Source: Cetorhinus maximus (Eukaryota). Taken from it: DNA of 64,000 bases. The notes under the pieces are model-generated. The model had not been told where the DNA came from. It was given only the letters and a program-made list of their open reading frames with translations, and searched no databases. The DNA lies in the NCBI RefSeq assembly GCF_964194155.1, contig NC_135905.1, positions 26,350,001 through 26,414,000 of the forward strand, read 5' to 3'. Made by a program: the position numbers and the translations under genes. Shown one piece after another: positions 13,000-25,545 of the stretch (its first letter is position 1; each line of letters begins with the position of its first letter).

Positions 13000-13987
13000 A
13001 CGTTCTGGCCTCCAGCAGTCCTCCAAGTGCTGGGAAGTCCCTGTTGCCGCTTGCTGTGGATCAGAAAGTGCGATGTGTTCACCAGATTGTGATGCCGAGG
13101 CTATTCTAAAGCTCGGTCCCACCGAGGTGTGTGTCTCTGCGCTGGTGGAGGGTGTGGGTGACGCTATGAGGGGTCTTCAGGGAGGGTTTCAGTGGATTCT
13201 TCTTCTGAGCTTCCCTCTTGGGGCATTGTCTCTCTTGGCTGTTTCCCAGATGTGCCTGTGGAAGCAAGGGGAGATAATTGGTGCATGGCAGTGGCCTGTG
13301 AAAGAGGACACATCACTCACAGCCTGGCTGTCTGATGGATGCTGCACCGCTGGATCCTCACTTGGTAGAGCACCAGCGACCTCACCATCAGCACAGGAAC
13401 GGTCCAGATCCTCGCCGGCCAGCTGGATGGCTCTGTTTTCAAAATTCGTGAGGACCTTGATGTCGGGCATTCCTCCACCGGTCTGCGACCTCTCCCTCTT
13501 GTTGTGCACCAGCTTGTCCTGCATGAATAGAGATGGAGAGAGTGTAAGCAGGATGCCTGCCAGGCCAGATGATAAGTATGCCTGGCCTATGTGGGTGGTG
13601 AGTGGTCCCATGGACGGGATGAGGACAATGAAGGTGTGTGTGAGAGAGTGAATGGTGATGTCCCTTGAACTGGCAGTGAGTGAGGGCCCTGTGGATGTGT
13701 GATGGGTTTGTGAGTGTGTGAGTTGAGAGTGATGAGCAGAGTGACTTACCCTGGTGGAACAGAAGAGATCATTCATCCCCTTGCGGCACTGGGTAGCTGT
13801 CCTCTTTTGCAAGGCTTTGGCACTGACCACCGCTGCCACCACCTCCCGAGCCAGATTAGTAATGTTGTGGCCCATCCTGCGGCCTGAGCAGGGGTAGAGA
13901 ATATCACAGCCTCCACTGTATCCAAAAGGCCTTCAAGGGACACGTCATTGACCCTGAGGGCTGCAGCCTTCTTGCCTTTCAGGCCAT
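13000..13987 (-). pseudogene. Harbinger Myb/SANT-like DNA-binding protein gene (ORF1), multi-exon, decayed
   Basis: ATG at 13987; AREVVAAVVSAKALQKRTATQCRKGMNDL (SANT helix 3), a GT-AG intron at 13749-13519 (gtaagt...catgcag), then DKLVHNKRERSQTGGG, typical of Harbinger/MSANTD proteins. Confidence 0.85.
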
Positions 13988-14887
13988 GTCTTCGGTGCAG
14001 CAGTCGAAGGCTGGAAGCACTGAGGTGTACGCGCGGCTACACTTTAAATACGGTGCCCAGCGTGATGAAGCTGCGAGGTGATGGTGTGGTGGGCGAACGA
14101 GAGCCGGGCCGCCATGGAAACAACGTGTTTCCCAGGAATACATAATTAATGCTGCGGGTTTGGGAACGATGCGCGTGAGAAGCCGTCATTGCGGCCAACA
14201 GATAAAACGTTGTTTTACCCGCCCGCTACTGCAGTTAGTGCAAATCTGGGATGATTCCGCCCATTGTAAATTATAACATCCTCTCTTCAGGTTTGGATGG
14301 CCAGACAGTGAGTGAGCACCTTATGAATTTACACATGCTGGACTGATTGTCGCTCGTCTAATTACAATGCTTCAGTTGGAAGGCACCAATGGTGTAAATG
14401 ATACTGCTGATGTATTAAGTCCTGACATTTGTAGTATCAGTGCATAGAAGAGCATACTGCAAGGATAAACATTACCCACCCACACGACTGGTTCCCTGAT
14501 TTTAGCTGTGCTGCTTTGAGGCCTGGGCACAGTGAGTGGAGGGGGGAAGGTGGGAGTGTGGAGGAAGGGGATTGGAATAGTGGAGACAGATTATTCATTA
14601 GGGAAGAGGGCGAGGAGACGACAAGGAGGCTAATTCTACTTTCAGAGAAGTAACTTGCTATATCAGGGCTTTTCTTCCTCGAAATGAGAGGAACGCAAAG
14701 GACTTAATGGGGGAATGCAACTACTTGCTGAGATAGAGAAAGCAAAAACTTGAGAAACACGCGGGAATATCCAAGGGAAGTTGGCACAGGTTCAGGGTTG
14801 CAAATTTAAGACAGAAACCAGGAAGTATTTCTTTACAGAGAGAATTGTTGATGCCAGAAGACCTGAATCATTGAAGAACTAACAAGA

Positions 14888-15811
14888 TGTTATCACGACT
14901 CCCTGGGGATCGTGCGCTGTAATATCAGCCCCACTGCTCCCTGAGCTGTGACACATGTGAAAAGTTTGACCAAACCACCAGATTGCCTCAATTCTACCTA
15001 ACTGTTTAATTTAGGTTAACTGAATACGGGCACCAGGTTTGTAAACTTAATAAGTAAATAACTGTTTATTGGACAAACTGTCATTAACTGGTGGCAAAAG
15101 AAAGAAATATAAACTGCTAATCTCTAACACTATAACTTAAACTCTACCCTTCTTAAACCCCCATACACAAACACACACACACGCACACGCATAAGACACA
15201 CAATACATGGATTTTAAGAGTGAGATAAAACAGTTCAGTAGCATCAATCCAGAATACAAGATTCGATGTGTTGATTTTGATCGATGTCTTCCAAATTCCT
15301 TGCAGTTTGTTGTTGATGACACAAAGTGGTCTCCCAGCACTTTCAGTCTGTGGTTCACTGGTTGAAAAACTTGCTTTTCAATGTCTCTACTGGTGATTTT
15401 TCCCCTCTTCCTCTTGACAGGGGTTTTCAGAAAAAGCAGGTTACAGAGATATGAAGGATAGCCAGCTAGCTACTATGGCAGAATTACTGGAATCTTACAA
15501 ACGCTGGAGAAAGAGGTTTCAGGTCTTCCCACTTTGCAGGCTAGGACCTGTACTCCCTGCCCTGTTCGCACCCTGGTTACCTGGTCAGGAGCCAGTTAAA
15601 ATGCTGACATCAGGCTTAGTTCAGGGCTACTTTCTGGTACCATCCTGTTCTTTTACACTCTGTTCCAGGATAGCAACATTGTAGATATTCCTCATCCTAT
15701 CCCAGTGGAAATGTCTTTCAGCTGCGGCCATGGTAGTTTTTAAAGCTACAGTCCAATTTTAAAGGCACAGTCCAAGAAAAATAAAATTAGGTTCTTCAGA
15801 CTGTCATAGCA
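14888..15811. mobile_element. Probable solo LTR (Gypsy-like termini), ~920 bp
   Basis: Begins tgttat and ends atagca (TG..CA short inverted termini); AATAAA on the minus strand near 15065-15070; interrupts an old CR1 fragment; TSD not clean. Confidence 0.5.
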
Positions 15812-15862
15812 TGGAGAGATAGGATTGTTATTCTGGAAAGGATAAGGATAATGGGCTTGAAG

Positions 15863-16115
15863 AACAAAAGCAAAATACTGCAGATGCTGGAAATCTGAAA
15901 TAAAAACAAAACATGCTGGAAAGACTCAGCAGGTTTGGCAGCATCCGTGGAGAGAAAAACAGAGTTTAGGTTACAGGCCAATGGCTTTTTTTTCAGATTC
16001 TATCGCTCTTCAGTTCTGCTGAAAGGGCATCTTGACCTGGAACATTAACTTTGTTTCTCTCCACAGATGCTGCCCGCCCTGCAGATTATTTCCAGCATTT
16101 TTTTTGCTTGTTTTT
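15863..16115. mobile_element. Palindromic mini-element: two inverted Penelope 3' ends
   Basis: Left arm gcaaaatactgcagatgctggaaatctg...gcagcatccgtggagaga and right arm tctctccacagatgctgcc...ttccagcatttt are reverse complements; hammerhead remnant ctgctga...ggaacattaact at about 16016-16050. Confidence 0.75.
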
Positions 16116-16364
16116 GTTTAACTGATTTTGGCCTCAGAGGGGCCTTTGGAATTTAGTTCATCAGAGTGTTGGTTACACCGAGATTGATAGGGCTCCATTC
16201 ACTCAAACCAACAAAACGCAAGCTGGTCAGATGTCCCACTCGGAGTGAGACAACGGACGAGTGAGATTCACAAATTTTCTGTGGCGTCTGAATTTTTTTC
16301 GATGAATTTCTACTTCCTTGGAGCCCATCAATTCGGTAGCGCTTTCAAAGGCTTTTCCTCCATT

Positions 16365-16775
16365 TTTTGTTTCTTAACTTGTTCCATTTCCAGCCCCTTT
16401 CACCCTATCACAGACCTCTCCTTTTGCTCTTCCCGCCGCCCCCCACAGCCCCCTCACTGTTTCTCTGTCCCCGCTCTTGCTGAAACCTTGTTTCAGTCCC
16501 GGTTACTTTATCCACTTCTGACAGAAGCTCACTGGCCTGAAATGTTGGCCGGAATTTTCCAGCCCCCCCACCCCCCCACCCCACCCCAGGCTGTGGCGGG
16601 TTTCCCCCTGGTGGGGTTGGCGAGCCATTGAAACCTCCATCCACATCGGTGGGACCGGAAGATCCCCTCAGCCTGAGAGGCCGGAAAACTCCGGCCATTA
16701 ATCCTGTTTGTCGCTCCCCAGGTGCTGCCTGACCTGCTGAGCGATTCTGGTTTCTGTTCCTTTGCACTTCCTCCA
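16365..16775 (+). mobile_element. Penelope-like 3' UTR fragment interrupted by a mini-MITE
   Basis: cttctgacagaagctcactggcctgaaatgtt|MITE|attaatcctg...gtgctgcctgacctgctgag tail. Confidence 0.6.
16547..16696. mobile_element. 150-bp Harbinger-type MITE
   Basis: TIR ggccggaattttcc / ggaaaactccggcc; flanks gtt/att (3-bp TSD with one mismatch). Confidence 0.75.
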
Positions 16776-17531
16776 GGATTTGCTCCGATTCAGCTCTGCG
16801 TTGGCGACTGGCTGAATCGCGTTCCTGCCCGCGCGTTTTATGGTGCTGCGCCCATTTTAAATTTTGCCTTTAAAATGGACTAGACCCTGCCTTTGTTTAA
16901 TGCTAGATTGTCACACTCACAAATACCAGTAGCCCTTTTGCCAATATTCAACCTCATTGTGGGATGAATTGGGTTCTAATCACTCTGCCAGTACATTTAA
17001 TACTAGACACTAAAACAGAATGAATACTGGCAATACTAAACACACCCAACCAAGGAGAAGACTTGGATCTTTAGATTAAGTGGAATGAATTCACTGAATT
17101 TGTTCGCACCGAGTGTGACTATCTGCTCTGTTGTTACTTGTAGTGTTTGATTATTTGAGTCTGTTTACTATAGATTCACACTGTGCTTGACTAGTTAAGC
17201 CTGGGTGTGGACTCAGAGAAAAGTAAACAATGTTTCCACTTACTGTGAAAACTGATCTGTCCGCATCTACTTTGTTTTGGACTGATGCTGAGCATCTAAA
17301 TCTGATTCTTGTGCATCATCGCCCACCTCGCCATTTAAAACTCCAGGAACTTTGCTTTTCACAAATGTTTGGAAAGTAAACTCCTGTTGGACTGTTGCTT
17401 TTGTGTTTAATTAGAGTTGAAGTACTTGCAATTTCTGAAATGCTTTTATTGAATGAAGGAACTGGAAGCTAGAGCTAAAAGCATGGAGCAGACATTTTAA
17501 AGCACTGTAAACAAGACTTGTTTCGCACATA

Positions 17532-18171
17532 GGCTTGAATTTTCAGCTTGGTGGGTGGGCGCAATTGGTGGGCCCGAGAGCGGTCGGGAAATGTACTGCC
17601 AACTGCAATCGGCCCCCGACAGTGATTTCATGCTGGCTGGCCAAACAACAACCAGCCAGTGTGAAGCAGTGCGCTGAGAAGCTCAGCGCTGCTGGGGTGG
17701 GGGCAGGAGGAGGGTGGGCGATGATGTCAAAACGGGTGAGCGCTGATGAAAAGCCCCCTGAGAGCTGCCTCAGGGAGCTGAAGACCTGAAACCCAGGAAA
17801 TAAAGTTTTTAAAATCAGGAAAGAAACGTCCAGGCATCACAATCAGGCACCTGAACATATAGACGATAAAAATGGTGTCTACAGATTTCGATTTTTATTT
17901 TATTTAATAACGGAAACCTTATCCCGCCCTTGGATGAGGTTTGTTGAAAAATGTAAAGGCCGCCTGGCCGATTCACCCGTCCGCCAACTGTAAGGTTGGA
18001 CAAACTATGTAAAATGACAGATAATTGTGCCATTAATGGGCTTAATTGCCCTCTTAATTGTCGATGGGCTTGCTTCCGACTTTTGCACGTGCCCGCTGAC
18101 CGAAATATTGTGCGATTTCACGTCCGATCGTGTCGGGAGCACGCCTGCCCAATCGGCATAAATTTCTACCC
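17532..18171. mobile_element. Harbinger-type non-autonomous element (~640 bp)
   Basis: Ends ggcttgaatttt and aaatttctaccc, TSD ATA; internal hairpin aaaccttatcccgcccttggatgaggttt shared with the family. Confidence 0.75.
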
Positions 18172-18244
18172 ATAGAAACAAGTGTCATGTCTCTGAAGTA
18201 TAAAATGGACAACTGTACTATTTTGTCAGCTGTAATTCAGTGGG

Positions 18245-19045
18245 CCACATTTGAGCCTGTCCCACTGTAGGATGACCTGAGCACATAATCCAGGTTGACA
18301 CTCCCAGCGTGAATACTTGAGGGAGCTCTGCACTGTCAGATCTGTGGTTTTTCAGATGAAATGCTAAACCAAGGTGTCATCTGTCCTTTCAGGTGGACAT
18401 AAAATATTCTATGATACTATTTCAAAGAAGATAATTAACCAGAGGGAAAATGACAAGATATTTTTAAGGCAGCGAGTTGAAAAGGTCTGTAATGCACTGC
18501 CTAAAAATGTGCTGAAAGCTGATTCATTAGTAACTTCCAGAAGGGAATTGGATCAACATTCGAAAAGGAAACTTTTTCAGGGCTATGGGAAAAGAGCAGG
18601 GAAGTAATGTTAATAGTAAGCACATATAAATAGGAGATAGCTGGGACACTGGCTGTGGGAGGAGAGCTGTAAAACTGAACAATGTCAATAAACTCTCTCT
18701 GTGAAGGAAAGCTCTTTGTCTTGGTTTCAACTTTTCCAACTGGCTTGGATCCTGTAAACACGTAAAACTAATTGGAAGGCTCTTTCAAAGAGCTGGTATA
18801 GGCATGATGGACCAAATGGTCTCGTTCTTTAGCATTGATGTCCTGACCAATATTTATCCCTCAATCAATAATACTAAAAGACGGATTATTTCTGTTTGTG
18901 GGAGCTTTCTTTGCAAAAGTGGCTGCTGCATTTCATACATTACGATAGTGACTGCCCGTCAAAAGTATTTTGTTCACTAGAAGATGCTTTGGGACATCAT
19001 GAGGATGTGAAAGGCGCTATATGAAATCAAGTATTTTTTTTTCTC
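18245..19045 (+). mobile_element. Deu-domain SINE split by a CR1 3' fragment (~18440-18830)
   Basis: SINE body to ctatttcaaagaaga (~18430) resumes at tgtcctgaccaatatttatccctcaa (~18840) and ends tgaaaggcgctatat; the insert has cagcgagttgaaaaggtctgtaatgcactgcc (CR1 QRV...NALP). Confidence 0.7.
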
Positions 19046-20030
19046 TTTAAGGCTCTATGATTCTGTTTATAAGGAGCATTTTGCAGAATTCAGTGCACAC
19101 AGGGAATTCCTTTCCCAGCCCTGATGCCTAAAAATGGTCAGGGATTCAAGGCAGAATTTGGGGAATGGTAAACGTTTTATATTCCCATACAATTTAATTC
19201 AACCATATCGTTGAGCCCTTCAAGGCTTTCATTATGCCAATTGTATTTGCCCAATCATAAGAAAATTCAGTAATCGTTCATTTTATATTGTTCTAAAAGA
19301 TGGGAGGTGTGGTGCAAGAGAGGGCAGAGGCTGAGTGCATTTTTCCTGGTTCCTGTGAACTGATCAGATATGTCGAGCTTTGCTGATTTACAGTGCAGAT
19401 CGAGCTTGTGACCCCTGCACTTTTTGATCATCTGCACAATCTTCACACCAACGTCACCCTCAGGTGCCATCAGTGAGGTGCAGGCCCCCCCAGTCATTAT
19501 TACCACCACCCCCCCTCCCCCCAACCACCCCCCCACCCCACCCAACACCCCCCCTCCCCATCTGCCTTTGAATAAAACTCTTCCTCCCATCTCATTCTTG
19601 GAATGTTTGTCATCCTGTCGGGAGAAGATTACAGAGTAAAAGGGTCATGTAATTGTGGTGCTGTGGGTTTCATGGTGTGGCTGCGTCATTACTAAGAGAG
19701 ACATTTTTCCAATTTCCTGAAGAATGGCAGACAGGAGAAATATAAATCGCAGTTTAAAGCACAAATGTTAAACGAAATAAATCGGAAACCTCCACTTGGG
19801 CAGGTTTTCAGCTCCCAGTCGGAGGTCCCTCAGACCATTGCTAGGAAATGAATTGCAGCAGTACAGTAGCTAGCTGCTGTGTTAGAGCCTCGCATGCAAG
19901 AGGGATCCTCGTTAACTGATTTCTCTGTACCTCACTGATTTACCGCACAGTTCAGTCATGCTCAATCTTCACCCTGCTGTCAATTAAAGCTTCCTTTCAG
20001 CAGTGAAATAAAACCCAGATGCAACCTTAC

Positions 20031-20075
20031 CATATCGAGGTTGCTGCGAGAAGACTTCTTGTCCTGGAAAACTGA
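20031..20075 (-). other. Candidate 45-nt internal exon of an unidentified minus-strand gene
   Basis: Reverse strand: branch-like tctgat, pyrimidine tract ttttctccttgttcatcAG, 45 nt open in all three frames, then ATG|GTAAGG donor; lies in non-repeat sequence. Confidence 0.35.
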
Positions 20076-20639
20076 CTGATGAACAAGGAGAAAAATCAGA
20101 AACGCACAAACTCTCACTGCGTCAGTGCAGTTTGAAGGTTTACAGAGCCACTCACAGCACCATTGGAATCGATAACAGAGAGAGCCAGGCAGTCAATCTA
20201 TATTTTTCAAATATATGTTCCGGCCCTAATGAGTCTGAGGGACTGGGCATTGATTTGAGAAATTATAGAGTTCTGTGTAAGTTAGAATGACTGTCTCAGT
20301 GAGCTGAGAATAATCAGCCAGTCTAAAAGACAACTAGTAAATTAGAATGTTGACATTGTTCATTATCTGCTTTGCTACTTTCTTGAGCCTACTGAAGTAT
20401 TCACCGTCTGGGAGAAAGGCAAGAAAATATTGTTTCCCCTCAACAGAAGCGTGCCACAGGTCAGCACATTCACAATTGCACAGCTTCCCTTGCATGAATT
20501 ATTCTGTCTCCACAGGTATACAAACACGTGTCCAAAAACACACATGCATATACACACACGCGCACAAATTTAAATGCTAAATTTAATTTCATACTATGGA
20601 GATTCTGCATCTTTTGTCACTGTATGGTCTCCTACAGCT

Positions 20640-21252
20640 TAGTCTCCTTATTTAAGGACTGACCAGGCCAGCATTTATTGCCCATCCCTAATTGCCCTTG
20701 AGAAGGTAGTGGTGAGCTGCCTTCTTGATGTAAGTGAAGCAGTTCAGAGAAGGCTTACTAGCCTAATATCTGGAATGGGTGGGTTGTCTAATGAGGAAAG
20801 GTTGGACAGGTTAGGCTTGTATCCGCTGGAGTTTAGAAGAGTAAGAGGTGACTTGATTGAAACATAAGATCCTGAGGGGTCTTGACAGGGCAGATATGGA
20901 GAGGATGTTTCCTCTTGTGGCAGAATCTAAAACTAGGGGGTCATTAATTCAAAATAAGGAATTACCCATTGAGGACAGAGATGAGGAAAAAAATTTTCTC
21001 TCAGGGGGCTGTGAAACTAGAACTCTTTTCCTCCAAAGGTGGTTGAGGCAGAGTCCTTGAACGTGTTTAAGGCAAAGGTAGATAGATTCTTGATAAGCAC
21101 AAAGGAGGGGGGAAAGGTGGTGAAAGGTTATTGGGGGTGGGCGGAAATGTGAAGTTGAGGTTACAATCAGACCAGCCATGATCTTATTGAATGGTGGAGC
21201 AGGCTCGAGGGGCCGAGTGGCCTACTCCTGCTCCTAATTTGTATGTTCGTGT
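20640..21252 (+). mobile_element. CR1-type LINE 3' fragment with a small antisense HER1/HE1-tail insertion (~20662-20728)
   Basis: ERLDRLGLYPLEFRRVRGDLIE.HKILRGLDRADMERMFPLV; tail ggcctactcctgctcctaatttgtatgttcg. Confidence 0.85.
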
Positions 21253-22724
21253 GTAGCCGTGGCATGTCACTGTACAAGAGACACTTTGCGCCATTTCTGA
21301 GGGTTGCATTAAGATGGTGTCTGAGTGTGAGTAGACAGGGCATGTGATCGAAAACTGTTTCAATCGCACCGAGGGGCTGTGGAATTTAGGCACATCTCAG
21401 CGTTAACTCCTGCTCAGAGAAATGAGTAGCAGCAGTAGATCAGGCTGATGTTTGAGAGCAGAAGCTCTGGTGATGGAGGAGCTGTCGATTTGCCCATTAT
21501 CTCAGAAGGTATCGGAGCCATCAAAATGATGTATGTGTGTTGGACAAAGCACATGTACCTCCCATATGATGTGTACACTGTAGCCACTTTTATTAGGCAA
21601 ATACTGTAGTTCAGTAAATGGAACAAAATCCAATTTTTTCTTTTGTAGTTTCAAATAAGGGAACGGGGGAACTATGGTGTAACCACAGCTGTACATGGAA
21701 TTTAATATCAAAGCATGGTTTGATAATCGCTCCAGTGCAGCACCTTGAGACGTTATACAACATTAAAGGCACTATAGTTCATAGAATTAAAATCATTGGC
21801 AAAAGGTCTAGAGGGGAAATGAGATTTTTTTTTCATTTAATGAGTTGTTGGGGTCAGGAATGCTCTACTGTACTGTAGAATTCACTGACAGAATAGCCAC
21901 TTGGAGCTCCAGCTATGATATTGTGCAATATTATCACATTAATACAAACTAATTTTCTCTTCTGCTTGAACAGTGTTCCAGCTGTTGTAAAACTGCAGGC
22001 AAGGTCAGTCTATAATGAAACATTCATACAACTATCACACAAAGCCAGTTTCAGGCTTATAGTTTTCATTCTTAGCTATTAAAGGGTGTGTCCTCTGTTT
22101 GAGTCAATCTTAGACATGCACAGTTTGTGTGTGCTGGGGTATACTTAGTGCTGAACTCTGTCATTAACTTGGAGCAGAGTTAATTATCAGCGACTGAGAG
22201 ACTGCTGTGGTTTGTCTGACTTACTTGCCCCATTTATATTGCCTGAATACTCCCTTCTTTGGAATGTTCATTTAAGGGACAAGGCGTCTTTCAGATCACT
22301 GAGCCTTATTTACACGTTAAAGTGAGCACAATGTTGCTGATGAATCTAAAGTATTGTCTAAGCCCAATGTTACGCCTCACAATCAAGCAAAGAATTGAAA
22401 CAGTTTCGAGGCTACACTTAATCCAGATAACAGTATCAGGTGCAGTATGAACTGGCTGGAAGTATCTAACTTGTTTCATATACTGAAATTTTCAGAGGCA
22501 TTTACTCCTGGCCAGTGTGGGAAGTCAAAAAGGATCCCAAAGTAGAGCAGAGTGTCCACCAGATGATCATCAAAATTACAACACAGAAACAGATCATTCG
22601 GCCCAACCAGATCACGTTGTTATTTAACCTCCAAGGGAGCTGTAGTCCTAATCCTATGTGAGCATGCTCTTCCCATACGCCTTCACATCCTGAAGCATTA
22701 CTATAAATTGCAGCATATAATGCA

Positions 22725-23085
22725 GTGTTTAAGACAGCCCCATTTTTTTGGTGCCAAAAATCATGTTTTTGCTTATACTCGGCAGATAAGTCAACCCCGC
22801 CCCCCCCTTTCAGATATGCTATACACGCATTAGTAGCCTGCCTCTATTTTTCACACCACAAATGCAAGTCTTATTTCCTGCTCCTTTATAACTGGCGCAA
22901 GAGATCAAGTCGGAGATACAGGCTGTGTTGCAAAGATGCGGACGAGTTTAAGACACGCCGACTCTTTGCACCCGATGACATTTCAAAGTGATACCCACGC
23001 CCGTGCCCACGCCGACAGTTCACCTTTAGAAGTCAACCCCTGTTTTTGGAGGGTTTTCTTGAGGTTTCAGAGGTTGACTTATAAG
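22725..23085. mobile_element. Possible Tc2/pogo-like DNA transposon remnant
   Basis: cttatactcggcagataagtcaacc near the left end and aggttgacttata near the right end form an inverted pair resembling Tc2-type subterminal repeats. Confidence 0.35.
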
Positions 23086-23289
23086 CTGACGTCTTCAGTA
23101 ACTCTGTTTCTCTTTCCACGGATGCTGCCTGACCTGCCGACTGTTTCTGTTTTCTGTTTTTATCCCTCTTTTAATTTGCTTCTCCTCCAGTCACCAATCT
23201 AACCTTAAAATGCCATAGCTTCGTCTTCAATGACGAACTCTGGCAGTGAATTCTACAGCCTTATTAAACCCCTCCCCAAAATCAGAGCA

Positions 23290-24170
23290 TTCCCATTTCT
23301 GATTGAACGGACGCAGAGAAGATGTTTCCACTTGTGGACGTGGCTGGGGGCCAAAAATATAAACTGATCCCTAATAAATCTAATAGTGAATTCAAGAAAA
23401 ACTTCACTACCCAGAGAGTGGTGAGAATGTGGAACTTGCTACCGCAAGGTGTAGTCGAAATGACTAGTGTAGGTGCAGTTAAGTGGAACCTGGATAAGGG
23501 AGAAATAAACATAAGGATGATGGAGTTCGATGAAGAATGTTTGGAGGAAGCTTGTATAACCTTGGACACTGGCACAAACCTGTTTCTGTGCTGTAAATGT
23601 TTTGTAACACTTCGATATTGCTGAATGATAAAACAACACGTTTTGAGTACTGTGAGCTGTTCTTAACACCACACCTTAGAAAGGATTTATTGACCGTGGA
23701 GGGAGTGCAACATATATTTACCAGAGTGATACTTGGACTCTTAAGGGTTAAGCTGCAAGGAGAGATTAAACAGACTAGCTTGTATTCCCTGGAATTTAGA
23801 CGGTTAAGGGGTACATTTAAAAAGATTTGATCCAAGATTTCAAGTTATAAAGGGGAACAGATATGTGGCGGAAAGGGAGAAGCTGTTTCTGCTAGTTGGG
23901 AGTTTGGCAGTAGGGGGCATAATCTAAAAATTAGCCCTTTCAGGGGTGAAATTAGGAAACACTATTACACACACAGGATGGAACATTTACACAGATGCCA
24001 GGTAATGCTGATCAATTGATAATTTTTCACCTGAAATTGACTGTTCTTTTTTTAATCAAAGTGATCTGAGCAAAGGCAAAGGAGTTGGGTCACAGATCAG
24101 CCACGATCTCACTGAATAGCAGAACAAGTTCAGTGGGCTAAATGGCCTACTCCTGTTCCTATTCTCCTAA
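23290..24170 (+). mobile_element. Two tandem CR1 3' fragments
   Basis: MFPLV...FKKNFTTQRVVRMWNLLPQGVVE (23322-23470) and FEYCELF.TPHLRKD...SLEFRRLRG (23640-23810), ending aatggcctactcctgttcct. Confidence 0.75.
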
Positions 24171-24311
24171 CATTAATTCACGTTGCTGACATTTGCAGAT
24201 AAAAGGGGTGTTCTAAAGTTACATGTTTTATCCCCTGTATATTTTCCATTGATTAATAGCTATCACCTTTCTTCCAAGTGACCAAAACATCCCTGGGGAC
24301 AGTGTGGTGAG

Positions 24312-25545
24312 AAATATGTACATAAATATACATGCACACATATGTACATCAATATACATGCCCACATATATACATAAATATACATACACACATATGTACA
24401 TCAATATACATGCCCACTTATATACATAAATATACATGCCCACATATATACATAAATATACATACACACATATGTACATAAATATACATGCCCACATATG
24501 TACATCAATATACATGCCCACATATGTACATAAATATACATGTACACATATGTACATAAATATACATGCCCACATATGTACATAAATATACATGCACACA
24601 TATGTACATAAATATACATGCCCACATATGTACATCAATATACATGCACACACATGTACATAAATATACATGCCCACATATGTACATAAATATACATGCA
24701 CACACATGTACATAAATATACATGCCCACATATGTACATAAATATACATGCCCACATATGTACATAAATATACATGCCCACATATGTACATAAATATACA
24801 TGCCCACATATGTACATAAATATACATGCCCACATATGTACATAAATATACATGCCCACATATGTACATAAATATACATGCCCACATATGTACATAAATA
24901 TACATGCCCACATATGTACATAAATATACATGCCCACATATGTACATAAATATACATGCACACATATGTACATAAATATACATGCCCACATATGTACATC
25001 AATATACATGCACACACATGTACATAAATATACATGCCCACATATGTACATAAATATACATGCACACACATGTACATAAATATACATGCCCACATATGTA
25101 CATAAATATACATGCCCACATATGTACATAAATATACATGCCCACATATGTACATAAATATACATGCCCACATATGTACATAAATATACATGCCCACATA
25201 TGTACATAAATATACATGCCCACATATGTACATAAATATACATGCCCACATATGTACATAAATATACATGCCCACATATGTACATAAATATACATGCCCA
25301 CATATGTACATAAATATACATGCCCACATATGTACATAAATATACATGCCCACATATGTACATAAATATACATGCCCACATATGTACATAAATATACATG
25401 CCCACATATGTACATAAATATACATGCCCACATATGTACATAAATATACATGCCCACATATGTACATAAATATACATGCCCACATATGTACATCAATATA
25501 CATGCCCACATATGTACATAAATATACATGCCCACATATATGCAT
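24312..25545. repeat. 26-bp minisatellite (catatgtacataaatatacatgccca)n, about 47 copies
   Basis: Tandem unit visible directly; near-perfect between about 25090 and 25480; variant units concentrated on the left. Confidence 0.97.

Larger units (their letters stand above)
10202..14262 (+). mobile_element. PIF/Harbinger DNA transposon, autonomous-type structure, decayed
   Basis: Ends gggtggaattgt and atgattccgccc form an imperfect TIR; flanks atc/att are a 3-bp TSD with one mismatch; convergent transposase and Myb/SANT genes are diagnostic of the superfamily. Confidence 0.85.

Noticed and set aside
24228-25545. Long minus-strand ORFs (253-346 aa) rich in M/Y/C/H/V
   Set aside because: They are translations of the 26-bp minisatellite in all three frames; no coding signal.
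24312-25545. CRISPR-like array
   Set aside because: Units are head-to-tail with no unique spacers, there are no cas genes, and the context is vertebrate.
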